Below, one piece after another: positions 1 to 11,051 of a stretch of DNA of 64,000 nt. Source of the DNA: Salisapilia sapeloensis CBS 127946 (lineage: Eukaryota > Protista > Oomycota); NCBI GenBank assembly GCA_023334545.1, contig JAADVB010000009.1:94803-158802 (forward strand), given 5' to 3'. A program made the position numbers and the translations under genes. The first letter of the stretch is position 1. Each line of letters opens with the position of its first letter. The notes beneath the pieces were generated by a model. It was not told where the DNA came from. It was given only the letters and a program-made list of their open reading frames with translations, and did no database searches.

Positions 1-2
1 GT

Positions 3-890
3 ATGTGGGACATCCGTCGCTCTGGCTCCACTGCTTGTTTACTCTGTTTCAATGCTGAGGGCGAAGCAAAGCCTCCAGGAAGAACGCAATTACCATTCAC
101 AACGTCCATATCGGCAGATCGACCCAAACGCACCAGACCTTTGAAGCGTCAGAAGACGGATGGGTCTGGTATCAACTTAAATCTGACAAAACGTCCACAC
201 TGGATGACGGAAACACCATCCTCAGCTCGAAAAGATCAAGTATTGGAAGACATGCGCAGTCGAAACAGCGGAAGAGATCCGCACCTGTCTGCTTCTGCGT
301 CCTCCGTCGTCGCACACCATGGTGCCATCAACTGCGTCACCTACACGCCCGACGGTCGGTACGTGCTAAGCAACGGGAAGGACAAGAAACTTCGACTGTG
401 GAATAGCAGCACGGGCGCTCATGAGTTTGTAAATTATAAAAATTTAACGTCGAAGAATAGCGACAGGGTCAAGCGCATGGCAGTGGTACAGGAAGGGTCA
501 ATGATGTATGGGAGAGAAGATGGACCGATTGTCTTTTGTCCAAGTGGGGATAAAGGTCAATTGCTATGTTATGATATACTTGGAGACGGAGGTGTTGTGT
601 CTGATTACACTGGGCATTATGACATGATTACGGCCTGCGTGTATCGGAAGTCAAGACGAGAGCTTTTTTCTGCTGGACTCGATGGACTGATACTAGCCTG
701 GAGGCCAGTACCGATGACGTTTGATCCGCAGGTCGATAAAAAGGAAGTACAAGTGGACCCGGATGTTGATCAAGATAGTTGGAGTGAAGAGGAAGACACG
801 ATAGCAGATATGAATGAAGATCGCTTCATTCCTCCAATATTAAGAGACGAGCCTGGGGATAGTAGTGGTTGGAGTGACATGGACGAGTGA
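3..890 (+). CDS. ERCC8: WD40-repeat DNA excision repair protein ERCC8/CSA-like (5'-truncated by window edge)
   Basis: LWDIRR, AHHGAINCVTYTPDGRYVLSNGKDKKLRLWNSSTG..VNY and GHYDMITACVY...ELFSAGLDGLILAW match recalled CSA/ERCC8 blades; acidic C-tail; stop at 888-890. Confidence 0.8.
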   Translation: MWDIRRSGSTACLLCFNAEGEAKPPGRTQLPFTTSISADRPKRTRPLKRQKTDGSGINLNLTKRPHWMTETPSSARKDQVLEDMRSRNSGRDPHLSASASSVVAHHGAINCVTYTPDGRYVLSNGKDKKLRLWNSSTGAHEFVNYKNLTSKNSDRVKRMAVVQEGSMMYGREDGPIVFCPSGDKGQLLCYDILGDGGVVSDYTGHYDMITACVYRKSRRELFSAGLDGLILAWRPVPMTFDPQVDKKEVQVDPDVDQDSWSEEEDTIADMNEDRFIPPILRDEPGDSSGWSDMDE

Positions 891-962
891 TATAAATATA
901 GCTGACTTCATTGTATATTGCTTGAAGCGTTGATCGCTAAGAATAGTATCATCAGATAGACG

Positions 963-2722
963 ATGGAAGGAGCAGAGACGTCTGGTGGTCATCCGAATGG
1001 GGTATCGGCTTTACTTAATGCACTCGACTTTTTTGGGAAAGATGACCCGGAAGGAGCGAATAAGTTCAAGACAGTGGCCATGAGAGCGTTGTATGAACAA
1101 AAGTTGGACGATGAGCTAAAGAAAAGCAAGGAAGATAATGAAAGCTTGCTGAAAGAGAATGCGTCTCTGTCGCAGCGAGTACGAGAGCTGGAAAAAGATT
1201 TGGAGACCAATATTGATGACCGAGAGCGCGTTTTGGCGTTCAAGACGAAAAAGATTGACGAGTTGATTGGCAAGATGAAAGACTTGGAAGTGATCAATGC
1301 TTCGCTCTTGGCAACACTACAAGGTGCCGAAGGGCCGACATTTAATGAAGATGGGACGATTTCCATGCCACATAGCTACTCCTCTTCATCCGTTTCGGTT
1401 CAAAGTACTCGTAATTCGATGATGGAAATGATTAAGGCAGGCAAGGGTCTCTTTCATCCGTTGGAAACTTGTCGAGAACAAGAGTACCGACAAAAGTATG
1501 AAGAGAAGCACTCTGAAGTGCTCCATCTAACACAAGAACTGAAGGAATACGACAATCTGTCGGACGCGATGGCAGAATTTAGAGATGAAAAGAGCCAAAT
1601 GGAAAATGAACGAAAGCAGTTGAAAGATGATTTAGCGAGAGTGCAAAAGGAAAAAGAGGACGAAGTAGCAATGTTGGAACGCAAGCTAGTGACAGAGCAC
1701 ATTCGGCTTGCGAAAGAAAAGCAAACTGCGGTTCGTAACACGGAAGAAGCGATGCAGCAGCACATGCTAAAGCAGCTAGATGTGACTACTCAACAGACGA
1801 TAAAAGAGAATGAACGAGTGCAGATTGAACTGCGTTACCAGAATACGCAAGTGGATGAAATGGTACGAAAGATGGAACGACTTGAGCACGAAAATGCTAG
1901 TTTGAAGCAGGATAAGCAGCTTACAGAGATGATCAACAGCGAGATTACCAAAAAGCTAGGTTTCTACCAGCAACTCATAGCCAGGTTACAGAATGAAAAT
2001 CGGCTACTCGCCTCTGTCTCTACTTCTGAAGATAACGATTCGGCGGCTAGCCCCGGTCGCCGGCATTCACCTCGAAAGCCACCACTACCTCTTCTTAAAT
2101 CGCCACGTAGAATGGTGGATGATGATGACATCTTGCGACAGCATGAAAGCACAAGTAGCTTCCATACGAATGAAGGAAACAACCAATTGAATAATGCTGT
2201 CAAAGATCTCGCAGTTCATATCCAGAAGCGAGACTACTTGAAGCATGAAATTGCAGCCATCCTTCAGTCTCATCATGATCATCGCCTTTACCAGGAAGAA
2301 ATGCGACGTGAACATCCTGTTCGAAAGCCAACGACACCTATCCAGAAACGAAAGGTGGTGTTGGCAAAGCCAGAAGCCTACTCACCTCGCAACTTTCAAC
2401 GGAGACGGAAGCTTCGAATGAAACCTGTACTTGCTTGTATATATCGCCTTCCTCCTTCTAATAACATGAATACGGCATGTAGACCCGATTAGATGCTTTC
2501 GTACAAGAACACGCTCGCATTCCATCTAGACGGCAAGAGCCTCGGAAGATCAAGGAAAAAGATAAGCAGGAAAAAGTGAATGAGAAGGACACCTGGGTCG
2601 AGGCATCAAATGCATCGAATGGACCCAATATCGAGTTGGTAGTAAAACCACCAACGATCGATACGACAGCTTACTGGAAAGCTAGTAAAGCCCCAACAAT
2701 ACCAAATACAGCACGATTTTAG
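963..2722 (+). CDS. Coiled-coil protein, probable cilia/flagella-associated protein CFAP157-like
   Basis: Long heptad-rich ORF with LDVTTQQTIKENERVQIELRYQ, which resembles CFAP157 from memory. Proposed exons 963-2426 and 2483-2722 (56-nt GTAC..TAG intron, phase 0) give 567 aa; the unspliced ORF stops at 2492. Confidence 0.6.
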
Positions 2723-2774
2723 TGAAAATGAGTGAATAAACAAGTACTTGAGCAAATGTGCTTCTGTTTGTCTC

Positions 2775-3542
2775 TTAAAAAGAATTCTTGGCTTCACGCA
2801 AGATGCCCATGACTTTGACAGGGTCTGTCTCCCCCTTGGCAAAGCGTTGGACACCTGGCGTCGTCACGCGCATGAACGGATTCGTCTTCAATTCGTCTCC
2901 GACTGTCGATGGGATCGTGATTTCATTCTTCTCACGTTGCGCTTTCGCCCACTTCAGCTTGTTCTTAATGTCATCATTATCCGGTTCGACATGCGCCGCA
3001 AACTCCAAGTTCTTTACGGTGTACTCGTGACCACAGTACACTTTCGTGTCTTCTGGTAACTTGGCCACGACGTCATTCAAAGCGTAGTGCATTTCATCCG
3101 GTGAGCCCATGAAGAAGCGTCCACAGCCAGCGACAAAGAGTGTGTCACCAGTGAAAAGCGCGTCTTCACAGTGGTACAGCACATGGCCTCGGGTGTGGCA
3201 TGGAGTGAAGTAGACGTTGGCTTCAAAGTCGCCAATCTTTACAGTGTCGTTGTGCTTGAGTTCGTGAGTGACAGCCAAGACACCATCACCACGACCGCCA
3301 TAGACTGGAATGTCACGCTTCTCCTGTTGCTTTATAATGTCCAAAAGGTCAGCGTTTCCACCGGCATGATCTGCGTGGCAATGTGTGGTTAAGATAGTGG
3401 AAACTTGGACGTTTTGCTCTTTGGCGACATTGTAGACGGTCTCGGCCTCGACCGGGTCGACTGCCGCAGCCACACTGTTCTTGCGGTCGATGAGAAGGTA
3501 GGAGTAATTGTCCGAAAGAACGGAGATCGGGATCACTTCCAT
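2775..3542 (-). CDS. HAGH: Hydroxyacylglutathione hydrolase (glyoxalase II, metallo-beta-lactamase fold)
   Basis: SDNYSYL, THCHADHAGG (THxHxDH), TPCHTRGH, FTGDTLFVAGCGRFF, YCGHEYTVKNL, ELKTNPFMR, LREAKNSF. First ATG at 3542, 255 aa. Confidence 0.95.
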   Translation of the reverse strand: MEVIPISVLSDNYSYLLIDRKNSVAAAVDPVEAETVYNVAKEQNVQVSTILTTHCHADHAGGNADLLDIIKQQEKRDIPVYGGRGDGVLAVTHELKHNDTVKIGDFEANVYFTPCHTRGHVLYHCEDALFTGDTLFVAGCGRFFMGSPDEMHYALNDVVAKLPEDTKVYCGHEYTVKNLEFAAHVEPDNDDIKNKLKWAKAQREKNEITIPSTVGDELKTNPFMRVTTPGVQRFAKGETDPVKVMGILREAKNSF

Positions 3543-3898
3543 TGCTTTCTTTATTGAGCCTAACAAAATAGGAATGAAAGTGAGCTACGTGAAATCTAAT
3601 AGCTTATGGCGGCATGTAGATTTTCTGGTGGTGCAGCTTATGATCCTCCGGATCCTTCTCCGTATTCAATTGTCATTATATGAGTGACGATCACTTGGAG
3701 GATGCAAGAGCACTCAGTTGTACAAGCACACCCTAGAAAATATATGTATGTGTGAATCCAAGATACCTCCAGTTAAACCTGCTTGGATGTGGTTGAGTCG
3801 ACGAAGCATGCGCTCGATCAAAATGGAAATCTTGTGTTCGATATGACTCGTAATACCAGTATTTCAGATCACTATATTTTCAGTCAAATGATCTCACA

Positions 3899-6307
3899 TT
3901 AAAGATTACTTTGAAAATTGAAGATGCTAAGTGGTACAATATCGGCACACATCTGCTCGAGCTCCTCGACTTGGTTCCCTTGTGCTCCCTCTCTGCGTCG
4001 AGGCGAAGTAAATGGTTCGATAGGGATAGTTGGTGGTTTGACACCGACCGTTTCACGAGCTTGCTGGATGAGTGCGTCCGTTTGCGTCGTTGCATACATA
4101 TTTCGATTCCGTAGTACATCTTTGGCGTGCTGGTACCGATTCCGTTCATGTTGAACCATCAGCTTGACCATTTCATCCTCTTCTTTCAACCTCATGAGGC
4201 AACTTTCTCGGTCTTTTGTCAATGAAGCTAGTTTCGTCTGATCCTCCGCCTGCTTTTCTCCTTTTATCTTTCGAGCATACTCATCACGAAGTGACTTCTC
4301 CCTTTTCCGAACAAACTCGTATGTGATCGCTGCTTGTTTACTAGATGTCTGTCTCGCTTTCACTTCTCTCTCAGCAGCACATTTTAGTTGTTCAAAGTGT
4401 GTGGCCTCTAACATTGTTTTTGCTGCTCCTAACAACCCTCTCTTCTTGGCAATCTCTTCTGCCTCTTGTTTCAATCGAGCAGCATCCTTCTCACGTTGCT
4501 GACGTTGAGCCTGTATCTTTTCATTCAATTTCAGCACTCCTTTCCGATGATTTTCTTCTTCCTGTCTACGTCTATCAGCCAGCATTGCTTTTTTCTTTCG
4601 ACGATTTTCTGCTGCAGTTTTCGCTTTCACGACGCGAAGACGAGAGATTGAGCTAGCTTTCTGTTCCAGCTCCATGTCCTTTTGCTGACGGAAAGTTTGG
4701 ATCTGCTCTCGACGATCAGCTTCCCACTTTTGTTGCTCTACTTTCACCACCTTTAAACGTTCACGCAGTTCTGCTAGAGACATCTCATCCAGTAGACCAA
4801 GATGTGGACACTCCGTCGGGTCGAAAACAGGAGCATATTCCGGCCGCTCTTTTTCGAGAGCACGAATTTGACGAATAAGCTCTTCTCTTTGAGCTAGCTC
4901 GATTGCATCCTGCTCAAGTTTCTTCTTCCTTGCCTCTTCCAGCATCTCTTTCAATGCGTTATGTTGTCGAGCTTTTTCCTGCTGAATTCGATCCTCAGCT
5001 TCTCGTGGAGCGATCTCTCGATGCTGCTTCACTTCCGTCATCACCTGCCGATACTTGTCCACCAGTTGATCTTCTCCTTCCTTTCGCATAACATCTCGCT
5101 CCCTCGCCATCTCCTTCATCTGATTCGCTACGCTTTGGTTTTCCATTCGAGCTCGATGAGCTGCCTCGATCGCATTCTCTTGGGCCTGCACCATTTCCAG
5201 TCGGCGTTGCTCAATCTTGTCGCGAACCTCAGCAGCATCTTGCTGCTGCATTTTATGCTGCCACTCGTAAAACTCAAATGGATTCCGAAGTCCAACCTCA
5301 TATGCCTTTAGTATCTCTGCCTCTTTTGCTTGCTTTTTCTTGATCAAAGCGTCTTCACGAAGGATAGCTGTGGCATTTAACCGGACTTCAGAGTTCTCCG
5401 TCACGGGGGTTTCTTTGAATAGCCAAGATGGCGGTGGTCTTGCTTTAAAGTCAAACTGAAGATGAGCCTCTCGCTCTGCTTCGACTTCCTGTCGTATCTT
5501 TTCCAAGTTACTACTAGCTGTGCTTTCAAATGTAAATTCTCCAGTGCTTTCATACTTTTTCGCGACTTCTTCCTTGACCTTTTGCTTCCGTTCTTCCTGC
5601 TGTTTGGAGATGTCCGCCAGAGTGACTTTATTCAAGGTCGATGGCACAGGTTTCGCCTTGATTCGACTTTCAATTCGTTCTGGCTCAACTGCCTTCCGAG
5701 GCTTTGGCTGTGTCAAATTGAAAGCAACAGGAATTGTCGTTGCTTTCTTCTCTTCTACAACGTCCGATGAAGATGGGGAGGCAGATTGAGATGGTCCGAA
5801 CGCTTTGACATGTAACTGCTGAAGAAACTCTTTCATCGGTTCGTCAAATGACTCCATCGTCTTTATAAGCTTTCCATCGACAAAGTCATCATCTAGCACT
5901 GTCTTCCATTGCTGTGCAATGGGCCCTTCCAGGTTCTTTCGGTCGAACAAGAAGTTCAGGAAAATGTACATGACATTAGCATTCGAAGCATTCACGAACG
6001 CCATGAACTGTTTCATGCCTTGCTCCAGCATGAACATGGACATGTACGAGATGACTAGTAATGTCGTATAATGCTCTTTTCTATTGACACTACCAGCATG
6101 GACTTGGAAGAAGTGAGACAGAAGGGACTTGAGGAGAGCTCGATATCGGTAGCAGCCATAGAGAATCTCATGCAGGAGCTGCCGATGGGCTTCCTCCGGC
6201 ACTCGGTCTCGTAGAAACTCGTCTGCGTGACTGTCGATGGTAGTCTTCGCCGGATCAAAGGACTTGATCAAGTCTTCTGCAAGTCCTAAGAGCTCCTTCC
6301 GCTTCAT
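3899..6307 (-). CDS. CFAP99: Cilia- and flagella-associated protein 99 (CFAP99)
   Basis: N-terminal SFDPAKTTIDSHAD..EILYGCYRY, TTIPVAFNLTQPKPRK, RLNATAILREDAL, then a long coiled coil; 802 aa, no introns. Confidence 0.8.
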   Translation of the reverse strand: MKRKELLGLAEDLIKSFDPAKTTIDSHADEFLRDRVPEEAHRQLLHEILYGCYRYRALLKSLLSHFFQVHAGSVNRKEHYTTLLVISYMSMFMLEQGMKQFMAFVNASNANVMYIFLNFLFDRKNLEGPIAQQWKTVLDDDFVDGKLIKTMESFDEPMKEFLQQLHVKAFGPSQSASPSSSDVVEEKKATTIPVAFNLTQPKPRKAVEPERIESRIKAKPVPSTLNKVTLADISKQQEERKQKVKEEVAKKYESTGEFTFESTASSNLEKIRQEVEAEREAHLQFDFKARPPPSWLFKETPVTENSEVRLNATAILREDALIKKKQAKEAEILKAYEVGLRNPFEFYEWQHKMQQQDAAEVRDKIEQRRLEMVQAQENAIEAAHRARMENQSVANQMKEMARERDVMRKEGEDQLVDKYRQVMTEVKQHREIAPREAEDRIQQEKARQHNALKEMLEEARKKKLEQDAIELAQREELIRQIRALEKERPEYAPVFDPTECPHLGLLDEMSLAELRERLKVVKVEQQKWEADRREQIQTFRQQKDMELEQKASSISRLRVVKAKTAAENRRKKKAMLADRRRQEEENHRKGVLKLNEKIQAQRQQREKDAARLKQEAEEIAKKRGLLGAAKTMLEATHFEQLKCAAEREVKARQTSSKQAAITYEFVRKREKSLRDEYARKIKGEKQAEDQTKLASLTKDRESCLMRLKEEDEMVKLMVQHERNRYQHAKDVLRNRNMYATTQTDALIQQARETVGVKPPTIPIEPFTSPRRREGAQGNQVEELEQMCADIVPLSIFNFQSNL

Positions 6308-6453
6308 GATTTTCGAGTATATGTACGTATATATTTATAGACCAAGAAAGAAACCAAGTATGGAACCAGAGATCCTATTTGTTCATTCCGGCCGATGCCA
6401 AGCACGACGTTTATGCAGGTCTTCCTACATTGAGGTTTATAACCTACGACAGC

Positions 6454-7077
6454 TTACGAACGCGGCTTCTCCTTCTTCTCCTTGTAGAGCGCAAGCAGAC
6501 CGACGCCAGAGACCTTGACGACCTTGAATCGGACACCGGGGATATCACCAACGGCGTGACCACGACGACCGAAACCGGCGATCAGGACTTCGTCGTTTTC
6601 GTCGACGAAGTTGAGGCAGCCATCACGCGGGACGAAGGCAGCAATCTTCTTCGAGTTCTTGATCAGCTGCACACGCGCACACTTACGAATGGCAGAGTTC
6701 GGCTGCTTGGCTTCGATACCACTACAAACACGAATGAGATGGATGACAATGCCGGTAGGAGGATTCTAAAGTACATTTTCTCGAGGACGATGCCCTTGGC
6801 CATGGAAGCACCACCAAGCGGGTTGGCCTTCATAGCCGTAATGGAGTGGCTCTTTTTGTAAGACTATAAAAATCAAACACGTTAGTCTCTACGTCCATCC
6901 AATGCATGGTAAAGGTAACTACCTTCTGTGCCCAACGCTGCGCACGGCGGTGGACGCGGAGCTTACGAGCGCAACGGATTCCGGAAGGTTTGTCTACGTC
7001 ATCGTCAGTTTATGTCCCTGCTGCAATACCTCCTCATGAATGGAGGTAGAAACGATGGCGAACGTACGCTTGCCCAT
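6454..7077 (-). CDS. RPS23: 40S ribosomal protein S23 (uS12), 4 exons
   Basis: Exons 7068-7077, 6923-6993, 6775-6863, 6454-6721 (GT-AG introns of 74, 59, 53 nt) give 145 aa: [62 protein letters not shown]. Confidence 0.97.
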
Positions 7078-7238
7078 GATAGAAGGAGGTCTCTGGAAAG
7101 TGAGTGAGCAAAGTCGTGTACGAGCTCGAAAATGACTGGATGCCAAAGAGACCATTTCTAACAGATTTTCATAACGGTTAGTTTCGATCTGAGTCAAGCC
7201 AATCGGACGAGAGGGGGTGTCTGATAAAAGAAAAGAAT

Positions 7239-7547
7239 ATGGCCAAGAAGAAGAGCAAGGTCAAGACTGAGGTGACGCCGGCCAAGACCGAGATGACGCC
7301 GGCCGAGTCCGAGCAGGCGGGCAGCATGACTTGGCAGACGCAGCTGAGTATCGTCATCATCACTTCCTTCTTGGCGCAGCGAATTTGGATCTTGAGAGAG
7401 TTTTTCACGCAAGACTTGTACACGGATGAGCAGACGCCGATGGAGAGAAATTTGATTCAGGGATTCGAGTTCGTCGTTACTATGGGCATCGTCGTGCTTG
7501 TCGGATTTATCGTTGGCAAGGTCATTTCAAAGTTTGCTGGAGAGTAA
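7239..7547 (+). CDS. Small hypothetical membrane protein (102 aa, two predicted TM helices)
   Basis: ATG-TAA ORF with G/C-ending codon bias, Lys-rich N-terminus and hydrophobic stretches LSIVIITSFLAQRIWIL and FEFVVTMGIVVLVGFIVGKVI; head-to-head with RPS23. Confidence 0.7.
   Translation: MAKKKSKVKTEVTPAKTEMTPAESEQAGSMTWQTQLSIVIITSFLAQRIWILREFFTQDLYTDEQTPMERNLIQGFEFVVTMGIVVLVGFIVGKVISKFAGE
7272..7313 (+). repeat. Imperfect 2 x 21-bp coding tandem duplication (VTPAKTE/MTPAESE)
   Basis: gtgacgccggccaagaccgag / atgacgccggccgagtccgag, 3 mismatches. Confidence 0.7.
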
Positions 7548-9066
7548 TGTAGCAAAGTTTCCGTGTCAATATTCTTGCCTCGTTCAAGTGGATAGTCAGC
7601 TTCATACTTTGACAAGAAGATTGGATCGGCTTCTCGGGTTGAGTGCTGTGCACCAATTACATGGAATGAAAGGGCATTTTAAGTTGTGAACTAAAGATGA
7701 TTATCTATGTCTTACTCCAGCGACCATTATAATTGTCATTCCATCAGTCTATGTCGAAGTTGGCATGAATCGTTTTAGTCATAGTCGATCAAATGGTCAG
7801 TTGGTATGGCACGCTCAGTCAAGGTTACTCTGCAAATACGGATTGATAAAATTCGCATATAATCACTTACCTCTTAGTAGAGGATACCAGTTCAAGAGTG
7901 TACTCAATTTGCAAAACTAGATAAGCAGACTTATTGCTATCCTTAGTAGTCGAGATATTTTGATCACCACAAAGCTGCCCATCTTATCATGCTTTATGCA
8001 GATTGAGTTGCTGTTGTAGTAAAGCATTGTTGTACCGTTCTATTGCATCATTGCGATACTCCATTAACTACGGATTCAGGCATGCTTATCGTATGAGCAT
8101 GACAATTTCGAAAGTCTATCAATAGGTACGTAGGAACGGTGGAGCGGGCTAACAGAAGGATGCAGCAGCCTAGACTTTTCAAAAACATACTTCCAAAGGG
8201 TAAAATTTTGGCTAACATTCATGCAGTCGAAGTTTTCATGACCACAATCGTACGTTTTCATAGCTGAGATGAGGGCATTCAGGTAAATCAAACAGGCTTC
8301 CTCAATCAGTAGTCTATTTAAATCAAGAATAGATAACTGGAAGCAAATGTGGCACCAATCAAGTAACTATCCTTGTCTCCAAGTGGCAAAAATACTTTCA
8401 ACGATCATCTAATCATGTACGGGCGATCATGTCTAGAAGATGTGTACTGCTTCGTATTTTTAATTATCTCGGCTAGTGTACGCACAGCGCTGCGTAGAGC
8501 AGCAGCGCAGTCAAATAGAAAATATCCATGTGTGTGTACTCGAATCGGATCCGAAATGGTATTTACTTGCTTCCCAGGATGCAACTTTAAATCCAAATGA
8601 AAGAAGTATAGGTCCGAACATATTATAAAGCTAAGCACAATTAACACAATCTATTTGATCTATTCTTTAGTCTTTATCTTCCGACATCATCCACACGTAC
8701 CATAAGTTTTGCCTGGGTATAGCGCTAATGCAGAGTTTCCGAAGAAGACGTATATGGGCTTGTAGCAAACCAAGTGTTCCACAAACGGCTTCTCATGCCG
8801 CGCACGGACAAGAATAGCTACATTTGTACAAGTAAATATGAACAGAATTGCCGATGCGCTTCTACTTGAGAAGATTGACAAGTTCTGGTTCATGCACGTT
8901 GAAGTTTCGATGAAATCCAAATTTCTAAGCTGATCTAATCAGTTGGTCTTTCTTTCAATATGTCATCAACAACAAAATCGATCAACATGATCGACGTCGG
9001 ACATGGAATTTTCGGATCGTATCGCAGCTCATTATTCAATCTTCTTTGACTGCGCTGACAACGAAC

Positions 9067-9826
9067 ATGGTTTTGAAACTCTACGCCAACCTCAAAAGCC
9101 AGCCTTGTCGTGCAGGTACTTGAAAGGCAATCAAATATGATATACGACGTCAATAACATCCGAATGCAGTCGCATGGATTGCTCAGCTGAAAGGCCTTAA
9201 GCATGAGATTATCACTACGTACCCGCCTCAGAGAACGACTCAGGAGTTCTGGAAGGTCAATCCCAATGGTCTTGTTCCGGCGATTGATGATGAGGGATTC
9301 AGCCTGTTTGAAGGGTATGCTTATTTATAAAGCGCTTGGATATGCCTCGATCTAATCCGTGCACAGTAATGCGATCCTAACATATCTTGCAAACAAGCAT
9401 GGATGGTCGGATCTGTATCCAGAAGAAGTTCAAAAACGAGCAAAGGTTGACCAGTATTTGCATTGGCATCACGCCAATGCTCGAAAATGCACGACGCATG
9501 TGATCCATCCTATGCTGCATCAGCAACAAGGTGTTGCCACTAAGGAAGAAGATGAACTGGAGAAGAAAAAGGCAGAAACGATTGGGCAGTGTGTGGAAAA
9601 GTTACAGCACTTTATGGGCGATCCGTACATTGCCGGCACGAACGAGCCGACTCTGGCGGATTTCAGTTGCTATACTGAGTTTGACCAGATTAAGAGTTTA
9701 GGCATCTTTGACTTTTCCAAGTATCCGCAATTTGACGCCTGGATGAAGCGAATGGAAAATATGCCGCTGCACAAGGAGATTCATGAGACAATGGAGGATT
9801 TCCTCACGACGAACAATTTAAAGTAA
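9067..9826 (+). CDS. Glutathione S-transferase, theta-like, copy 1 (3 exons)
   Basis: Exons 9067-9115, 9170-9314, 9367-9826 (54- and 52-nt GT-AG introns) give 217 aa; SQPCRAV, VNPNGLVPAI, LFEGNAIL, YLHWHH, TLADFSCYTEFDQ. Confidence 0.92.
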
Positions 9827-10175
9827 AACTTCACGAGCACTTTTGTGAAACAAATGAAATGGAAGCAAATCTTTTCTTTGACAAGCTATAATGACTATAT
9901 CTTCGGATCAACATCCGTTACACATACATCATCGCTGATGACGAATCATGCCAATTGCTACCTTTTAGACACTAAAACAGTGGTTTCACAGGAATGTTGA
10001 CATCATCGAGAGCAGGTATAGTTTCGCCAAGTAGAGACCGTCGTCCATCGTAAAGGACACCGGATAGCTAACAATAGTTTACTAGAATTCTGTCTCGGCT
10101 GCTCTGTTTTGTCATCTCTGCGTCGCAACCGCCACGTGACCTCACTTTTCGATCTGCAGTCTACTACTCACCACG

Positions 10176-10829
10176 ATGTCTGTCAAATTTTACGGAAACT
10201 ACATTAGCCAGCCTTGCCGCTCGGTCCTATGGGTGCTCAAGTCCAAGGGTGTCGACTTTGACATGGAAACCATGAACTTTGGCTCGGAGATGTTCAAGAG
10301 CCCAGAATTCACCGGCATGAACCCCAACGGTCTCGTCCCGGTCCTCAAGGACGGCGATTTCTCCATGTTCGAAGGACTGGCCATCCTCCAGTACCTTGCT
10401 GAAAAGTTCCAGTGGACGGACCTCTACCCGGAGGACATCCAGAAGCGCGCCAAGGTCCAGCAGTACATGCACTGGCACCACACGGGTGCTCGCAAGATGA
10501 CGCTCGAGGTCGTTCGTCCGCTCCTCATGAAGTCTGCTGGCGCTGCCACGGAAGAGCACCTCAAGATGCTTGAGAAGAAGGATGAGACTATCACCAAGTA
10601 CGTTGAGCTCATGGAAAAGTTCCTCGTGAAGCCGTACATTGCCGAGACGGAGGAGCCGACGATTGCCGATTACGCTGCATACTGTGAGTTTGACCAGTTG
10701 GAAGCACTCAAGCTGTTCGACTTCAGCAAGTATCCCGCCTTCTCGGCCTGGTTGGAGCGTATGAAGACTCTGCCCATGCACGATGAAGTCGGTGCGGACA
10801 TGCGTAACTTCTTTGGCGGATCCAAGTAG
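10176..10829 (+). CDS. Glutathione S-transferase, theta-like, copy 2 (intronless)
   Basis: 217 aa; SQPCRSV, MNPNGLVPVL, MFEGLAILQYL, YMHWHH, TIADYAAYCEFDQ; strong C/G-ending codon bias. Confidence 0.95.
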   Translation: MSVKFYGNYISQPCRSVLWVLKSKGVDFDMETMNFGSEMFKSPEFTGMNPNGLVPVLKDGDFSMFEGLAILQYLAEKFQWTDLYPEDIQKRAKVQQYMHWHHTGARKMTLEVVRPLLMKSAGAATEEHLKMLEKKDETITKYVELMEKFLVKPYIAETEEPTIADYAAYCEFDQLEALKLFDFSKYPAFSAWLERMKTLPMHDEVGADMRNFFGGSK

Positions 10830-11051
10830 AGATAAGACAAACCTATCATCGCTCTGAATGTTTTCATGAGCATGTTTACTTTTAATTTTAGTTCATTGTC
10901 CGTTGCATGCAGTTTGTCGCTGCATCATCCCATAGTCCGCGGTGGTTTCTACGAGGAGATATCGAGGACTTGAAACTTCTTCCCACCCGTTCGGTAGACT
11001 TTTTATCCATCTCCTGATTCTCCTAGGAAGGACTAGAGGCAAGCACTGGCA

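Noticed and set aside
6379-6861. 160-aa antisense ORF over RPS23
   Set aside because: Mirror of a highly biased ribosomal-protein CDS and runs through its intron; no independent signal.
10227-10781. 184-aa antisense ORF over GST copy 2
   Set aside because: Shadow ORF produced by the strong C/G-ending codon bias of the sense gene; no motif of its own.
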